Shown here in pieces: positions 9,222 to 17,952 of a DNA stretch of 64,000 bases. How positions within the stretch are numbered: position 1 is the first letter of the stretch; every line of letters begins with the position of its first letter. The DNA comes from a virus. The translations under genes were made by a program, and so were the position numbers. Where the stretch lies: UHGV virus genome UHGV-0371537; one strand, written 5' to 3'. Under the pieces are notes generated by a model. It ran no database searches. It saw nothing but the letters and a program-made list of their open reading frames with translations, and was not told the DNA's origin.

Positions 9222-9950
9222 ATGAACGCACAGATCTATGACGCCCTTGAGCAGGGTAACGCATTTAACAATCCTCTCCCGTCCCTCAGCAGCACGTCAC
9301 AGGGTTTAATCACCAGTGGTAAGGCGACTACAGCTTCACTGGCTAACACAGGCGATACGCAAATCCAGGGCGCTCTGACGGCAGGTGGGCTTACCACAGC
9401 CAAACTGAACGAAGCAACCACTATGTTCAACTCTGCAGGTACGAGCCTCACCACCCTGAACAACTATGGTGACCAGACTGTCAGTGAAGCATATTCTCGG
9501 ATCGGGACTTCTGTTTCTTACAAATCTGGCCTGAAATCCATAGAGCGCGAGCCAACGAATTGTGATCTGATCAACAATGCATTCGGTGTCATTCAGACCC
9601 TTGGACGCCAGTGGATCGGTGCCATGGAGACCGCTCTCAGCACTGTCACGGCAAAAATGACCGAACTAGCCGAATTAGTAGCGCAGGGTGTGAGCGCAGG
9701 CCTGGCAAAGATCCAGGCGCTGGCTGCTGAGGTCACCGGGTACGTCAACACTGCCATAACTCAGGTCTCCCAGATAGCCCAGGATATTACGAGCGGTATC
9801 GCGGCAGAGCTAGCCCACATACAAGACATGGTTAGCAAGTGTCTGAACTTCTCATTTGCTAACGTCCTGTCTGAGTGGGCTAAAGATCTATGTGCTGGTG
9901 GTGTTATCAACAACATCGGTTCAGATAATCTCAAGAGTGCGCTGAAGTAA
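9222..9950 (+). CDS. hypothetical protein, Thr/Ala/Ser-rich (possibly structural)
   Basis: 242 aa; behind CTAAATACC element and GGTATTTTCTT-ATG context shared with the endolysin gene. Confidence 0.5.
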   Translation: MNAQIYDALEQGNAFNNPLPSLSSTSQGLITSGKATTASLANTGDTQIQGALTAGGLTTAKLNEATTMFNSAGTSLTTLNNYGDQTVSEAYSRIGTSVSYKSGLKSIEREPTNCDLINNAFGVIQTLGRQWIGAMETALSTVTAKMTELAELVAQGVSAGLAKIQALAAEVTGYVNTAITQVSQIAQDITSGIAAELAHIQDMVSKCLNFSFANVLSEWAKDLCAGGVINNIGSDNLKSALK

Positions 9951-10592
9951 TCAACGCTCCCTCGCCGGAAGAACTCCCACTGGCTCGATACCATCCAACA
10001 GTAGGGAGTTCACACCCACATTACTCAGTCTAATCCAGATCGTTCCCCCTGGGTTAACTTCAAAGATATTCATCTCATTCCCAACTGCGTCGTTGTTGAC
10101 AAACACACCCTGGGTTGCGATTCGTACTGGTTTATCTGAGTCATTCATGATTTTGAACGTCACGATTATATCCGATGTTGTACCCAGTCGCCCAACCATG
10201 TGTTGCTTCAGCTTGGCGTAGAATGATGGATTAAAAGTGATGATAATGCTGTTGTTCTGAGAGTAATAAATACTTGCTGATAGGTATGGAATCTTCCCTT
10301 CGTCGCCACGCCGCAGGAGGGGAATCGTGGTCTTCCAGTAAGGCTTGAGGGTGCTCGTGTTCTCCTCGAAGCAACCTAAAGGTACGAGCTTCTGGAAGGT
10401 CTGGAACTCTTGCACGATGATGTCCAGAATACCCTTGTTACAAGTGGGAACACTGGCCGACAACGTCACAGGTACGGTGCGTACTTCTGGGTTCCAGAGT
10501 TCGGAAACAGAAATTATTGGCGTGACAAAGATGCGACAGCTCGTGAGTAAGAGCATCGCGCATGCCAACAACAATCTACTGATCCCGCGCAT
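9951..10592 (-). CDS. predicted lipoprotein (possible envelope or superinfection-exclusion factor)
   Basis: Minus-strand ORF; ATG at 10592 gives MRGISRLLLACAMLLLTSC with lipobox L-T-S-C; convergent with the upstream + gene. Confidence 0.55.
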   Translation of the reverse strand: MRGISRLLLACAMLLLTSCRIFVTPIISVSELWNPEVRTVPVTLSASVPTCNKGILDIIVQEFQTFQKLVPLGCFEENTSTLKPYWKTTIPLLRRGDEGKIPYLSASIYYSQNNSIIITFNPSFYAKLKQHMVGRLGTTSDIIVTFKIMNDSDKPVRIATQGVFVNNDAVGNEMNIFEVNPGGTIWIRLSNVGVNSLLLDGIEPVGVLPARER

Positions 10593-10630
10593 CAGGGTCA
10601 CAAAATATCTCCACAGCAAAAGGTGCTATT

Positions 10631-11131
10631 ATGTCCGACGTACAATTCAAGAACGAAAACCCTAATTTTGCGGCGTCCGATAAGTGGCGTTTATCTATCG
10701 GAGACCTTGTACTCGTGTCCCGCAACATCCATGACTTCAGCATCCCTGGCTTGTATTCCGAGGGTATCGATGGTCCATCACCCGGTGACGTTCTCGTTTC
10801 CATATCTTCAGAACGTATCACATATGACCCCGTCGTATTTACTTTCGTAATCGATGAGGACTGGAAAACTTGGTTGGCGTTACACAACTGGATCCGCTCA
10901 AACGTCAAGCTGGACCAGCCTGTGAGCAAAGACATCACAATTGACTTGCTGGACAACCTCAATCGCCCCATCGGGCTGACTTTGGTGTTACAAGAATCAC
11001 GCCCAACTGCTCTTGACAACGTGTTGGTAGACGTGGATGCTGCTGTGCCTCAGCTGGTGTCGACTGTGACGTTCAAATTCCAGGAGATGGTGCCGACTCT
11101 TGTGAGCCGTGAGATAGATTCTAATCCGTGA
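10631..11131 (+). CDS. hypothetical protein
   Basis: 166 aa, AAGGTG RBS; no recognisable motif. Confidence 0.5.
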   Translation: MSDVQFKNENPNFAASDKWRLSIGDLVLVSRNIHDFSIPGLYSEGIDGPSPGDVLVSISSERITYDPVVFTFVIDEDWKTWLALHNWIRSNVKLDQPVSKDITIDLLDNLNRPIGLTLVLQESRPTALDNVLVDVDAAVPQLVSTVTFKFQEMVPTLVSREIDSNP

Positions 11132-11173
11132 TGCGCGGTATAATTTTATGACATTGACAAGCTGGGATATTTT

Positions 11174-11626
11174 ATGAAAGAACAACTACAGACAATGGCA
11201 ACCGAGGATATCATGGACGAACTGGAGCCGCTGATAACAGTGGACCCAGAAGACATGAACCTTGACCAGATATCATTGAAGATTGGGCGCTCATGGATGG
11301 CCGTGCAGCGCCATTATCTGCGTGAAGGGCGTTATCTGGAATTCCTCAATGGACGCTTCCGGCAGATTGATCTTTACCTGCGCCGCTACTATGCAGGGGA
11401 GTTGCCACCGAATATCTATGCAGAACGCCCCCTGAAGGTTCGCCCCCTGAAGTCCGACCTGGACACATGGGTGAAAGCCGACGAAGACTATGTAGAATTG
11501 TCCGTTCTGCTACAAGAGCAGAAGGCAAAGGTCAAGTTTATTGAGACTTGTTTGGATCGTTTGAACAAGCTCGGCTACGAAGTGAAGAACGCCATAGATT
11601 GGCGTAAATACATGGATGGTTCATGA
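11174..11626 (+). CDS. uvsY: UvsY-like recombination mediator
   Basis: 150 aa; pattern similarity to recalled T4 UvsY (LYLRRYYAG vs LKARLDYYSG; C-terminal amphipathic helix); adjacent to uvsW as in T4. Confidence 0.5.
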   Translation: MKEQLQTMATEDIMDELEPLITVDPEDMNLDQISLKIGRSWMAVQRHYLREGRYLEFLNGRFRQIDLYLRRYYAGELPPNIYAERPLKVRPLKSDLDTWVKADEDYVELSVLLQEQKAKVKFIETCLDRLNKLGYEVKNAIDWRKYMDGS

Positions 11627-12372
11627 TGGCATCTCTCCAGGCTCTCAGAAAGCTGAACGACTTCGAAAATCGTCACTACACATTCCAGCAGTATGAACTC
11701 CCATACAAAGAACTGGAGTGTGTGACGACGGAGAATGGTCGACATTATGTGTCTCCGACTGGCGTCAAACTCACGTCTGTCACAACGATGCTGGGTCGAA
11801 CCGGAGACCATGAATGGCTCGAAGCCTGGAGGGAGAAGTTGGGCGCAGAGGCCGCCGATCTTGAGACCATGCGTTGTGCGGAACGTGGGGAGAAGCTGCA
11901 TCTTGCGTGTGAATTGTATTTGAAGAACCGCCCAATGAAAGAAGTGCTCGAGGCGGCTGGTGAATACATGTTCATGTTCAAGCAACTCTTCCCATACCTG
12001 AACAAGATGACCAAGATCTATGCTCAGGAGATTCCATTATATAGCGAAGTCCTTGGCCTCGCTGGGCGCGTAGACCTCATCGGGGTGTATGAGGGCAAAC
12101 CAGCCATAATCGACTTCAAGACCTCCAATGTAATGAAGACTCGGGGTATGATTGAGGACTACAGCATCCAGCTGTGTCTATACTCAGTCATGTTCCAACA
12201 GATGTTCGGCGTGAAGATCACCCGGTTGATAAACGTCATCGCCAACGAATCCTCTTTGAACCCAACTATCATCGAGTTCCATCGTGATGACATCCTGAGC
12301 AAGATGTTTGAGCGTGTCCGCCTGTACCATCGCATGGATAAAGAACAGAACGGAGTCTGGGCGAACCACTAA
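11623..12372 (+). CDS. PD-(D/E)XK family nuclease (RecB/Cas4-like fold)
   Basis: 249 aa; GRVDLIGVYEGKPAIIDFKTS matches D...(E/D)xK nuclease core; ATGA start/stop overlap with uvsY-like gene. Confidence 0.5.
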   Translation: MMASLQALRKLNDFENRHYTFQQYELPYKELECVTTENGRHYVSPTGVKLTSVTTMLGRTGDHEWLEAWREKLGAEAADLETMRCAERGEKLHLACELYLKNRPMKEVLEAAGEYMFMFKQLFPYLNKMTKIYAQEIPLYSEVLGLAGRVDLIGVYEGKPAIIDFKTSNVMKTRGMIEDYSIQLCLYSVMFQQMFGVKITRLINVIANESSLNPTIIEFHRDDILSKMFERVRLYHRMDKEQNGVWANH

Positions 12373-12377
12373 ATACC
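12369..12377 (+). promoter_or_regulatory. candidate late promoter element (CTAAATACC) ahead of uvsW
   Basis: CTAAATACC about 24 nt upstream of ATG 12401. Confidence 0.35.
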
Positions 12378-12400
12378 CCATATATCTTGGGAGATTTTGT

Positions 12401-13909
12401 ATGGCAGACGTTCAGATTGTTAAGGTTAACGAAGTCCGCATGCGTTGCATCGCAGATCTTTCTATCAGGGAAGAGCTGAACGATTACTTCAAATTCGAAG
12501 ACCCCAATTACACACCAAATCCATTCTCGAAATGGGATGGAATCGTTCGCCTTTTCACCAAGTCGTCCGGCCTCATCGATATCGGTCTCCTGTTCGAGGT
12601 TTTTAAATTCTGTAAGCATCACGGATACACAGTTGAATTGGACCCGGCGCTGAAGTACATACAGGACATCCCTGATGAAGAGATCTATGAATTCATCAAC
12701 AGCCTACACGCCAAAGTACGTACAGAAAATCATGAGTACATCGATGCGATCACCCGTGATTACCAGTTCGACACGATAGCCAAGGCGATGCGTCAAACCA
12801 GATGCGTCTGCGAACTGGCTACGAGTGCCGGGAAGTCCTTTGTTCTGTATGTCATGGCGCGGTACTACAGGCAACGCAGAGAAGCCCTAGAAAGCAATCT
12901 GAGGACGCTTATCGTGGTGCCGTCAATCCACCTGGTTACACAGCTGTACGACAACTTCGAAGAATACTCCCACGGCACTGACTGGAAGCCAGTTGTCCAC
13001 ACTCAGCTGATCTTTGAGGGGGCAACCAAGAACATCACCAAGCCGATTGTCATCAGTACCTGGCAGGGCATACAAGACCAACCGAAGGAGTGGTTCCACC
13101 AGTTTGGCGACATCGTTGTGGATGAAGTACATACATCCAAGTCCGAGAAGCTGTCCTACATCCTCAACAATTGTATCTACGCCGACCAGCGTCTGGGCGT
13201 GACGGGTACGCTGGCAAACACCAAAGTCGCTGGGCTTCAGGTGGTGGCTCACTTCGGCACTTATCACAAGATCATCACGGCTCGCGACCTTATCAATCTT
13301 GGGTACGCCACTGACATCAAGGTCAAGATGATCGAGCTGAAGCACACCATCGCTGACGCAATGACTCTTGACGGGGAGTACAGCAAGGAAATTGAATATC
13401 TTATCACCCATCAGTCGCGAAACGAAGTGATTGCGAAGATGGCGCTGAACCTCAAGGGGAATGTTGCTGTTATGTTCGAGCGTATTGACGCCCACATGAT
13501 GGTAGTGTATGAGATGCTGAGCGCAGTAAAGCCAAACGTGTTTGTCATCAACGGTGAAGTGAAGATCGAAGATCGTCGACGCATTCAGAAAGCGATGGAA
13601 GATGGCGAGGATATCACGTTGCTGGCTTCTTACGGGACAATGCAGCAGGGTGTTTCAATCAAGAAGTTGCATCACCTGGTACTGGCCCACCCGAGCAAGT
13701 CATATATCCGTGTCATACAGACATTGGGTCGTCTGATGCGTCAGCACTCCTCTAAGGATGTGGCATGGATCTGGGACTTAGTCGACAATGCGTCGTATAA
13801 AGGATCCCAGAACCACGCTGTGAGGCATTCGCAAGAGCGATACAAGTTCTATCTGTCTGAGCGCCACCCAGTAGAATTCATGAAAGTGGCGCTCGGTAAT
13901 CACGATTGA
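12401..13909 (+). CDS. uvsW: UvsW-like SF2 DNA helicase
   Basis: Aligns to recalled T4 UvsW: ELATSAGKSFVLYVMARYY, WQGIQDQPKEWFHQFGDIVVDEVH, HHLVLAHPSKSYIRVIQTLGRLMR; start at ATG 12401 (GGGAGA RBS). Confidence 0.85.
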   Translation: MADVQIVKVNEVRMRCIADLSIREELNDYFKFEDPNYTPNPFSKWDGIVRLFTKSSGLIDIGLLFEVFKFCKHHGYTVELDPALKYIQDIPDEEIYEFINSLHAKVRTENHEYIDAITRDYQFDTIAKAMRQTRCVCELATSAGKSFVLYVMARYYRQRREALESNLRTLIVVPSIHLVTQLYDNFEEYSHGTDWKPVVHTQLIFEGATKNITKPIVISTWQGIQDQPKEWFHQFGDIVVDEVHTSKSEKLSYILNNCIYADQRLGVTGTLANTKVAGLQVVAHFGTYHKIITARDLINLGYATDIKVKMIELKHTIADAMTLDGEYSKEIEYLITHQSRNEVIAKMALNLKGNVAVMFERIDAHMMVVYEMLSAVKPNVFVINGEVKIEDRRRIQKAMEDGEDITLLASYGTMQQGVSIKKLHHLVLAHPSKSYIRVIQTLGRLMRQHSSKDVAWIWDLVDNASYKGSQNHAVRHSQERYKFYLSERHPVEFMKVALGNHD

Positions 13910-14277
13910 TCTTGGTTCACATAGGCGGGGGTTGCCTCGCCTTCTTCACCCGCTGCGCCGAACAATTTGTCCAAAGAAGCCAGGCACTGAGAATTCAGAT
14001 GTTCACTAATCGTGTCTTTCAACGTTCGTTCGCTGTCTAATTTGAACGGCAACACCTTCGCTTCAATGCCGTTTTCAAAGGTGACAACGCCGATGTACAG
14101 ACCAACTTTCATGCCTGTCATCAAGCCAAGAGGCACAAAGCGCGGCTCCGATGGTAAGTTCTTGTCTGACGCCAGCTGTGCCAGATAAACTGGAGTTCCG
14201 GTAACAAACTCTCCTGCGGTGAGGATGGCATCTGGCTTGCTGCATCCCACTGCGTACAATCCTACAAACTGTTTCAT
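13900..14277 (-). CDS. hypothetical protein (minus strand)
   Basis: 125-aa ORF with ATG at 14277, non-repetitive composition; only long ORF in a region with no + strand coding; weak RBS. Confidence 0.4.
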   Translation of the reverse strand: MKQFVGLYAVGCSKPDAILTAGEFVTGTPVYLAQLASDKNLPSEPRFVPLGLMTGMKVGLYIGVVTFENGIEAKVLPFKLDSERTLKDTISEHLNSQCLASLDKLFGAAGEEGEATPAYVNQDQS

Positions 14278-14490
14278 ATATTACTCTCGTGTGTTGGTTA
14301 ACCTGACATACATATTATTTCGCGCCCATGTTTAGACCAAATTAAATTATTTTGCTGTTGAATAAAAACTGCTTTCTTGTTGAACAACTGGCGTGGTATT
14401 ATACGAGTTGTGAGTGTTAACGAGCAACGAGTATTTGTTTTATGAGCGAAGCGAATAGGATTAATAAAGGTTGTTATCTTTAATAAATTC

Positions 14491-14514
14491 CATAAATGCC
14501 GAAGGCATTTATTA
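14491..14514. terminator. palindromic hairpin flanked by A/T runs (bidirectional terminator-like)
   Basis: ATAAATGCC-GAA-GGCATTTATT in the 343-bp noncoding region before gp45. Confidence 0.4.
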
Positions 14515-14620
14515 ATAACGCGTAGCGGCAAATCACCACTTGTTCTATAAGCACAACACAGCGATACTAGATTGCGTCAAACATGACTTGAACCCCACTA
14601 TATTTTGAGGATACATACAA

Positions 14621-15289
14621 ATGCAAGAGATCACTCTCTCCGAACGTACACTTCAGTTGCTGGCCAACTTTGAGACCATCAACCCTTCTATCGTTCTGAC
14701 ACCGGGTAAAATGCTGCGCAGCATCAACGATTCTTCTACTGTGATTGCCGTGGCGCAGATCGAAGAAGACTTCCCGTTTGAGTTCCCTATCCTGGACCTG
14801 ACAAAGCTCCTGGCCATCCAGCGCCTGCCTTCCTTCAAAGGCGGTAAAGCCGAATTCCATCAGGACTACATCCTGCTGAAAGGTGAAAGCTCTCAGTTGC
14901 AGTTCTGGCGCTCTGCGAAGGAACTCACTGTTGTCCCGGCTGACACCATCGAACTGCCGTCTGTCGACTTCGAAGCGATCATCACTCCAGAAAAGATGAA
15001 AGAACTGACCCGCGCCTGTTCTACCCTCGGCCACAAGACCGTGCGCCTGGTTGCTCAGGGTGGCAAAACTCGCTTGGTTGCAACTACCACTACCCTGGAC
15101 AACTCTAACAACTACACCGTTGAGCTGGGTGAAACTGCTCTGCCGGACTTCGTCATGCCGCTGGACGTTGCCAACCTGAAGATGATCGAAGGCAACTATA
15201 CTCTGCGCGCCTGTGCAGAACTGCAGATGGTCAACTTCCAGTCCTCCGACGCGACGATCAATTACTTCGTCGGCGCACAGATTGAGTAA
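14621..15289 (+). CDS. gp45: sliding clamp (T4 gp45-like)
   Basis: 222 aa; N-terminus TLQLLANFETINPSIVLTPGK parallels T4 gp45 (TALLKNFATINSGIMLKSGQ); followed by gp44/gp62/regA in T4 order. Confidence 0.8.
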   Translation: MQEITLSERTLQLLANFETINPSIVLTPGKMLRSINDSSTVIAVAQIEEDFPFEFPILDLTKLLAIQRLPSFKGGKAEFHQDYILLKGESSQLQFWRSAKELTVVPADTIELPSVDFEAIITPEKMKELTRACSTLGHKTVRLVAQGGKTRLVATTTTLDNSNNYTVELGETALPDFVMPLDVANLKMIEGNYTLRACAELQMVNFQSSDATINYFVGAQIE

Positions 15290-15305
15290 TCAATCTCCAG
15301 CCTGA

Positions 15306-15314
15306 TGCTATAAT
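15306..15314 (+). promoter_or_regulatory. extended -10 promoter-like element (TGCTATAAT) ahead of the GIY-YIG endonuclease
   Basis: TGnTATAAT at 15306-15314, followed by a GC hairpin (15319-15340) and the endonuclease RBS. Confidence 0.35.
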
Positions 15315-15318
15315 GTGT

Positions 15319-15340
15319 GGGCGGGGGTTTCCCGCCCATT
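15319..15340 (+). terminator. GC-rich hairpin after gp45
   Basis: GGCGGG-GGTTT-CCCGCC then CATTTG (weak T-run). Confidence 0.4.
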
Positions 15341-15368
15341 TGAAATGATTCTTCTACAAGAGGCTGAA

Positions 15369-16025
15369 ATGAGGAATCAACCGTTTGTATATCATTTGTT
15401 AGGAAAGGATGGTTCTTTCTATTTTGGTTCTAGAACGAAATTGGGTGCGCATCCTTTACAATTGTTCACTTCGTATTTCACTTCTTCACAAACGGTCAAG
15501 GAAATCATATCTAAGAAAGGTTCTGATTTCTTTGATGTGATATTTGTAGAATTGTTCGACTCTCCAGAAGATGCATATTGGAGAGAGCAGCAGTTGATTA
15601 GTGAGAACATTGATCACCCAAAATGTTTAAACAAATCATTTCAACCACTGGGTTGTGGTATCGCCAACGGTAGGTCAGCGGGACCCAAACATCACCGAGT
15701 TGGTGTCTCGAGTTGGTTGAAGGGTAAGTCTGGGAATCTTCATCCCATGCACGGAAGAACTGGTAAAAGCCACCCCGCCGCAGGAATAAAACCCTGGGAC
15801 ACCGGGGCTGCGCTGCTACACAACACCAGACCGATGTGGTTAAAGGCTGGGGTAGTGTATGATCACTGGGTTTCTACTGGTGATGGGTGCCATAGAATTG
15901 CCCGTTTGTTCTCTATCAAAGAGAACACCGCAACGAGTATGTTAAACAAATTCAAAGAGGGCTGGAACCCGTATGATGACGACGCTTGGGTTCTGTTCTG
16001 TAAACTATATCATGGAAATACATAA
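15369..16025 (+). CDS. GIY-YIG family homing endonuclease with NUMOD3-like repeats (seg-like)
   Basis: FVYHLLGKDGSFYFGSR (GIY-YIG-like), GKSGNLHPMHGRTGKSHPAAG (NUMOD3-like); inserted between gp45 and gp44; AAGAGG RBS. Confidence 0.65.
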   Translation: MRNQPFVYHLLGKDGSFYFGSRTKLGAHPLQLFTSYFTSSQTVKEIISKKGSDFFDVIFVELFDSPEDAYWREQQLISENIDHPKCLNKSFQPLGCGIANGRSAGPKHHRVGVSSWLKGKSGNLHPMHGRTGKSHPAAGIKPWDTGAALLHNTRPMWLKAGVVYDHWVSTGDGCHRIARLFSIKENTATSMLNKFKEGWNPYDDDAWVLFCKLYHGNT

Positions 16026-17014
16026 TGTCTAATATCACGATTGTAAAAGACCAGTACGCTTGGGAGAACCGTTTCCGCCCTGACAACCTTGATGAGATTA
16101 TCATCCCTCAAGACGTCCGTGCTAAAATCCATGGCTACATTACCAGTGGCAACGGTAACATTCCTTCCATGCTGTTTTACTCCCCTCAGCCTGGTACTGG
16201 TAAAACCACCTCTGCCCTGGCTGTGTGCAACGAGATCGGTTGTAAACAACCCCTGATGATCAACGCATCCCTGGACAACAGCATTGATGTTATCCGTGAT
16301 CGCGTGATTCAATACTCTACTGGCGTGAGTGTATTCGGCGGTCGCAAAGTCGTTATCCTCGACGAAGTGGAGCGCCTGTCTATGGCGGCGCAAGAATCCC
16401 TGAAGGGTATTGTAGAGAAGGTCTCCAAGAACTGCTCGTTCATCCTGACCACCAACGCCAAGCAACGCGTGAACGAACCTTTGCGATCTCGTTGCCGTGA
16501 AATCGACTTCATCTGGAACGAGCAGGAAGCACTGGAAGTTCAGAACAAGTTCTGTTTGCGTTGCGTTGAAATCCTCCGCGCCGAAGGTGTTGAGTTCGTT
16601 CCCCAGGTTCTGGCTGCTATCGTTAAGCGCCATTTCCCCGATAATCGCCGCATTATGGGCACCCTGCAGGATAACGTCACCACCTATGGCAAGATTGACG
16701 AACGCGCCCTGGCTGTCTTGAAAGCGGCTGACCTTGGTACTCTGGTCGGCATGCTGAAAGCCAATGACTGGGCTGGTATGAAGCAGTGGGTGACTGACAA
16801 CCAGAACTACATCACAGAAGACTTCTATTCTCGCTTCTTCCAGTTCTGTGTACCGCAAGACAAAGAGAAGCCGATGATGGTTCAGAACGAGTCCATCCCA
16901 GACCTGGTCTGCGTCTGCGGCCAGTCACAAATCGAACATCGTCAGGTGGGTGATGTGTGGCTTCACGCCGTTTATTTCCTGACCAACGTCATGCTCAACA
17001 TTAAGTGGAAGTGA
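16025..17014 (+). CDS. gp44: clamp loader large subunit (T4 gp44-like AAA+ ATPase)
   Basis: Walker A SPQPGTGKTT, VVILDEVERL (DExx), SRCREI sensor; aligns to recalled T4 gp44. Confidence 0.85.
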   Translation: MSNITIVKDQYAWENRFRPDNLDEIIIPQDVRAKIHGYITSGNGNIPSMLFYSPQPGTGKTTSALAVCNEIGCKQPLMINASLDNSIDVIRDRVIQYSTGVSVFGGRKVVILDEVERLSMAAQESLKGIVEKVSKNCSFILTTNAKQRVNEPLRSRCREIDFIWNEQEALEVQNKFCLRCVEILRAEGVEFVPQVLAAIVKRHFPDNRRIMGTLQDNVTTYGKIDERALAVLKAADLGTLVGMLKANDWAGMKQWVTDNQNYITEDFYSRFFQFCVPQDKEKPMMVQNESIPDLVCVCGQSQIEHRQVGDVWLHAVYFLTNVMLNIKWK

Positions 17015-17018
17015 TACT

Positions 17019-17441
17019 ATGGCCGCCCCTGGATTGTTCGATTATCTGTCTGCTCTGAACAGCAGCAAAGAGAACCTTCTGCAAACCGATGATCCGGAAG
17101 TGCAGAAGGGCTTCGACCCGTTCATGACGCGGCGTGGTCTCGCCCAGAGCAAAGACACTCTGGTGTTTGCGCAGCAGATGAATAAGCTGCATGCCACCAC
17201 TCCATGGATGCAATGGTCATACGCCTTTCATTCCATTCCAGCGCGTAAGCGTTATGACAAATGGTCTAAGAAAGGCGCTGTCGACCCTGATGTGAAGATG
17301 CTATCCGAGTATTTCTACATCAGCATGGAGAAGGCATCCGAGTACGTCCGTTTCTTGCCGCAGGAAGTCCTGGCTGAGATACGCGAAAAGATGGGACGTA
17401 CTGAGCTAAACGCCAAAGCGAAACCGCGCAAGGCTAAGTAG
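17019..17441 (+). CDS. gp62: clamp loader small subunit (T4 gp62-like)
   Basis: 140 aa; IPARKRYDKWSKK resembles T4 gp62 VPRGKRYGKWAKL; between gp44 and regA as in T4. Confidence 0.6.
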   Translation: MAAPGLFDYLSALNSSKENLLQTDDPEVQKGFDPFMTRRGLAQSKDTLVFAQQMNKLHATTPWMQWSYAFHSIPARKRYDKWSKKGAVDPDVKMLSEYFYISMEKASEYVRFLPQEVLAEIREKMGRTELNAKAKPRKAK

Positions 17442-17471
17442 TTCAAACTATTGCAAAAGGGGAAATAAGTC

Positions 17472-17936
17472 ATGGCGCGTAATACGCTGGACATATTGAA
17501 CATCTCAGCCGTCAACGATGAGGCCAGCATCGTTGATTGTATGGTTGAGGTTCAATTGAACCAAGATCGGCCAGGGATCTTCCTGGGGATCAAGGAAACA
17601 CTGAGCCGAATTGGGGTAAACACGCGCCAAGAGCCGAATACTCTGTACCAGACTTGTCATATCCTTCACAAGTATGGCAAGTATTATATCGTTCACTTCA
17701 AGCATCTGTTTATGCTGGATGGCCATTACAACGGCTTCAACCGTGAGGACATCCTGCGAATGAACCGCATCATCAAACTGCTTGAGCAGTGGAACATGGT
17801 GAAGGTCATTCACCCGGAACAGATCACCGAGGCCGCCGATATGTCACGCATCAAAGTGGTCAAACACGATCAGGTTCCCGAATGGAAACTGGTCCCAAAA
17901 TACATTATCCGGCCTACAAAGGCCAAAAGCGAATAA
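17472..17936 (+). CDS. regA: RegA translational repressor
   Basis: LYQTCHILHKYGKYYIVHFKHLFMLDG and EWKLVPKYIIRP match recalled T4 RegA (LYQSCHILQKKGLYYIVHFKEML...EWKLVPKYTIG). Confidence 0.8.
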   Translation: MARNTLDILNISAVNDEASIVDCMVEVQLNQDRPGIFLGIKETLSRIGVNTRQEPNTLYQTCHILHKYGKYYIVHFKHLFMLDGHYNGFNREDILRMNRIIKLLEQWNMVKVIHPEQITEAADMSRIKVVKHDQVPEWKLVPKYIIRPTKAKSE

Positions 17937-17952
17937 CTGGAGTCGCTAAATC

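Noticed and set aside
16010-16858. 282-aa minus-strand ORF opposite gp44
   Set aside because: The + strand frame encodes a clear AAA+ clamp loader; the antisense ORF is a shadow.
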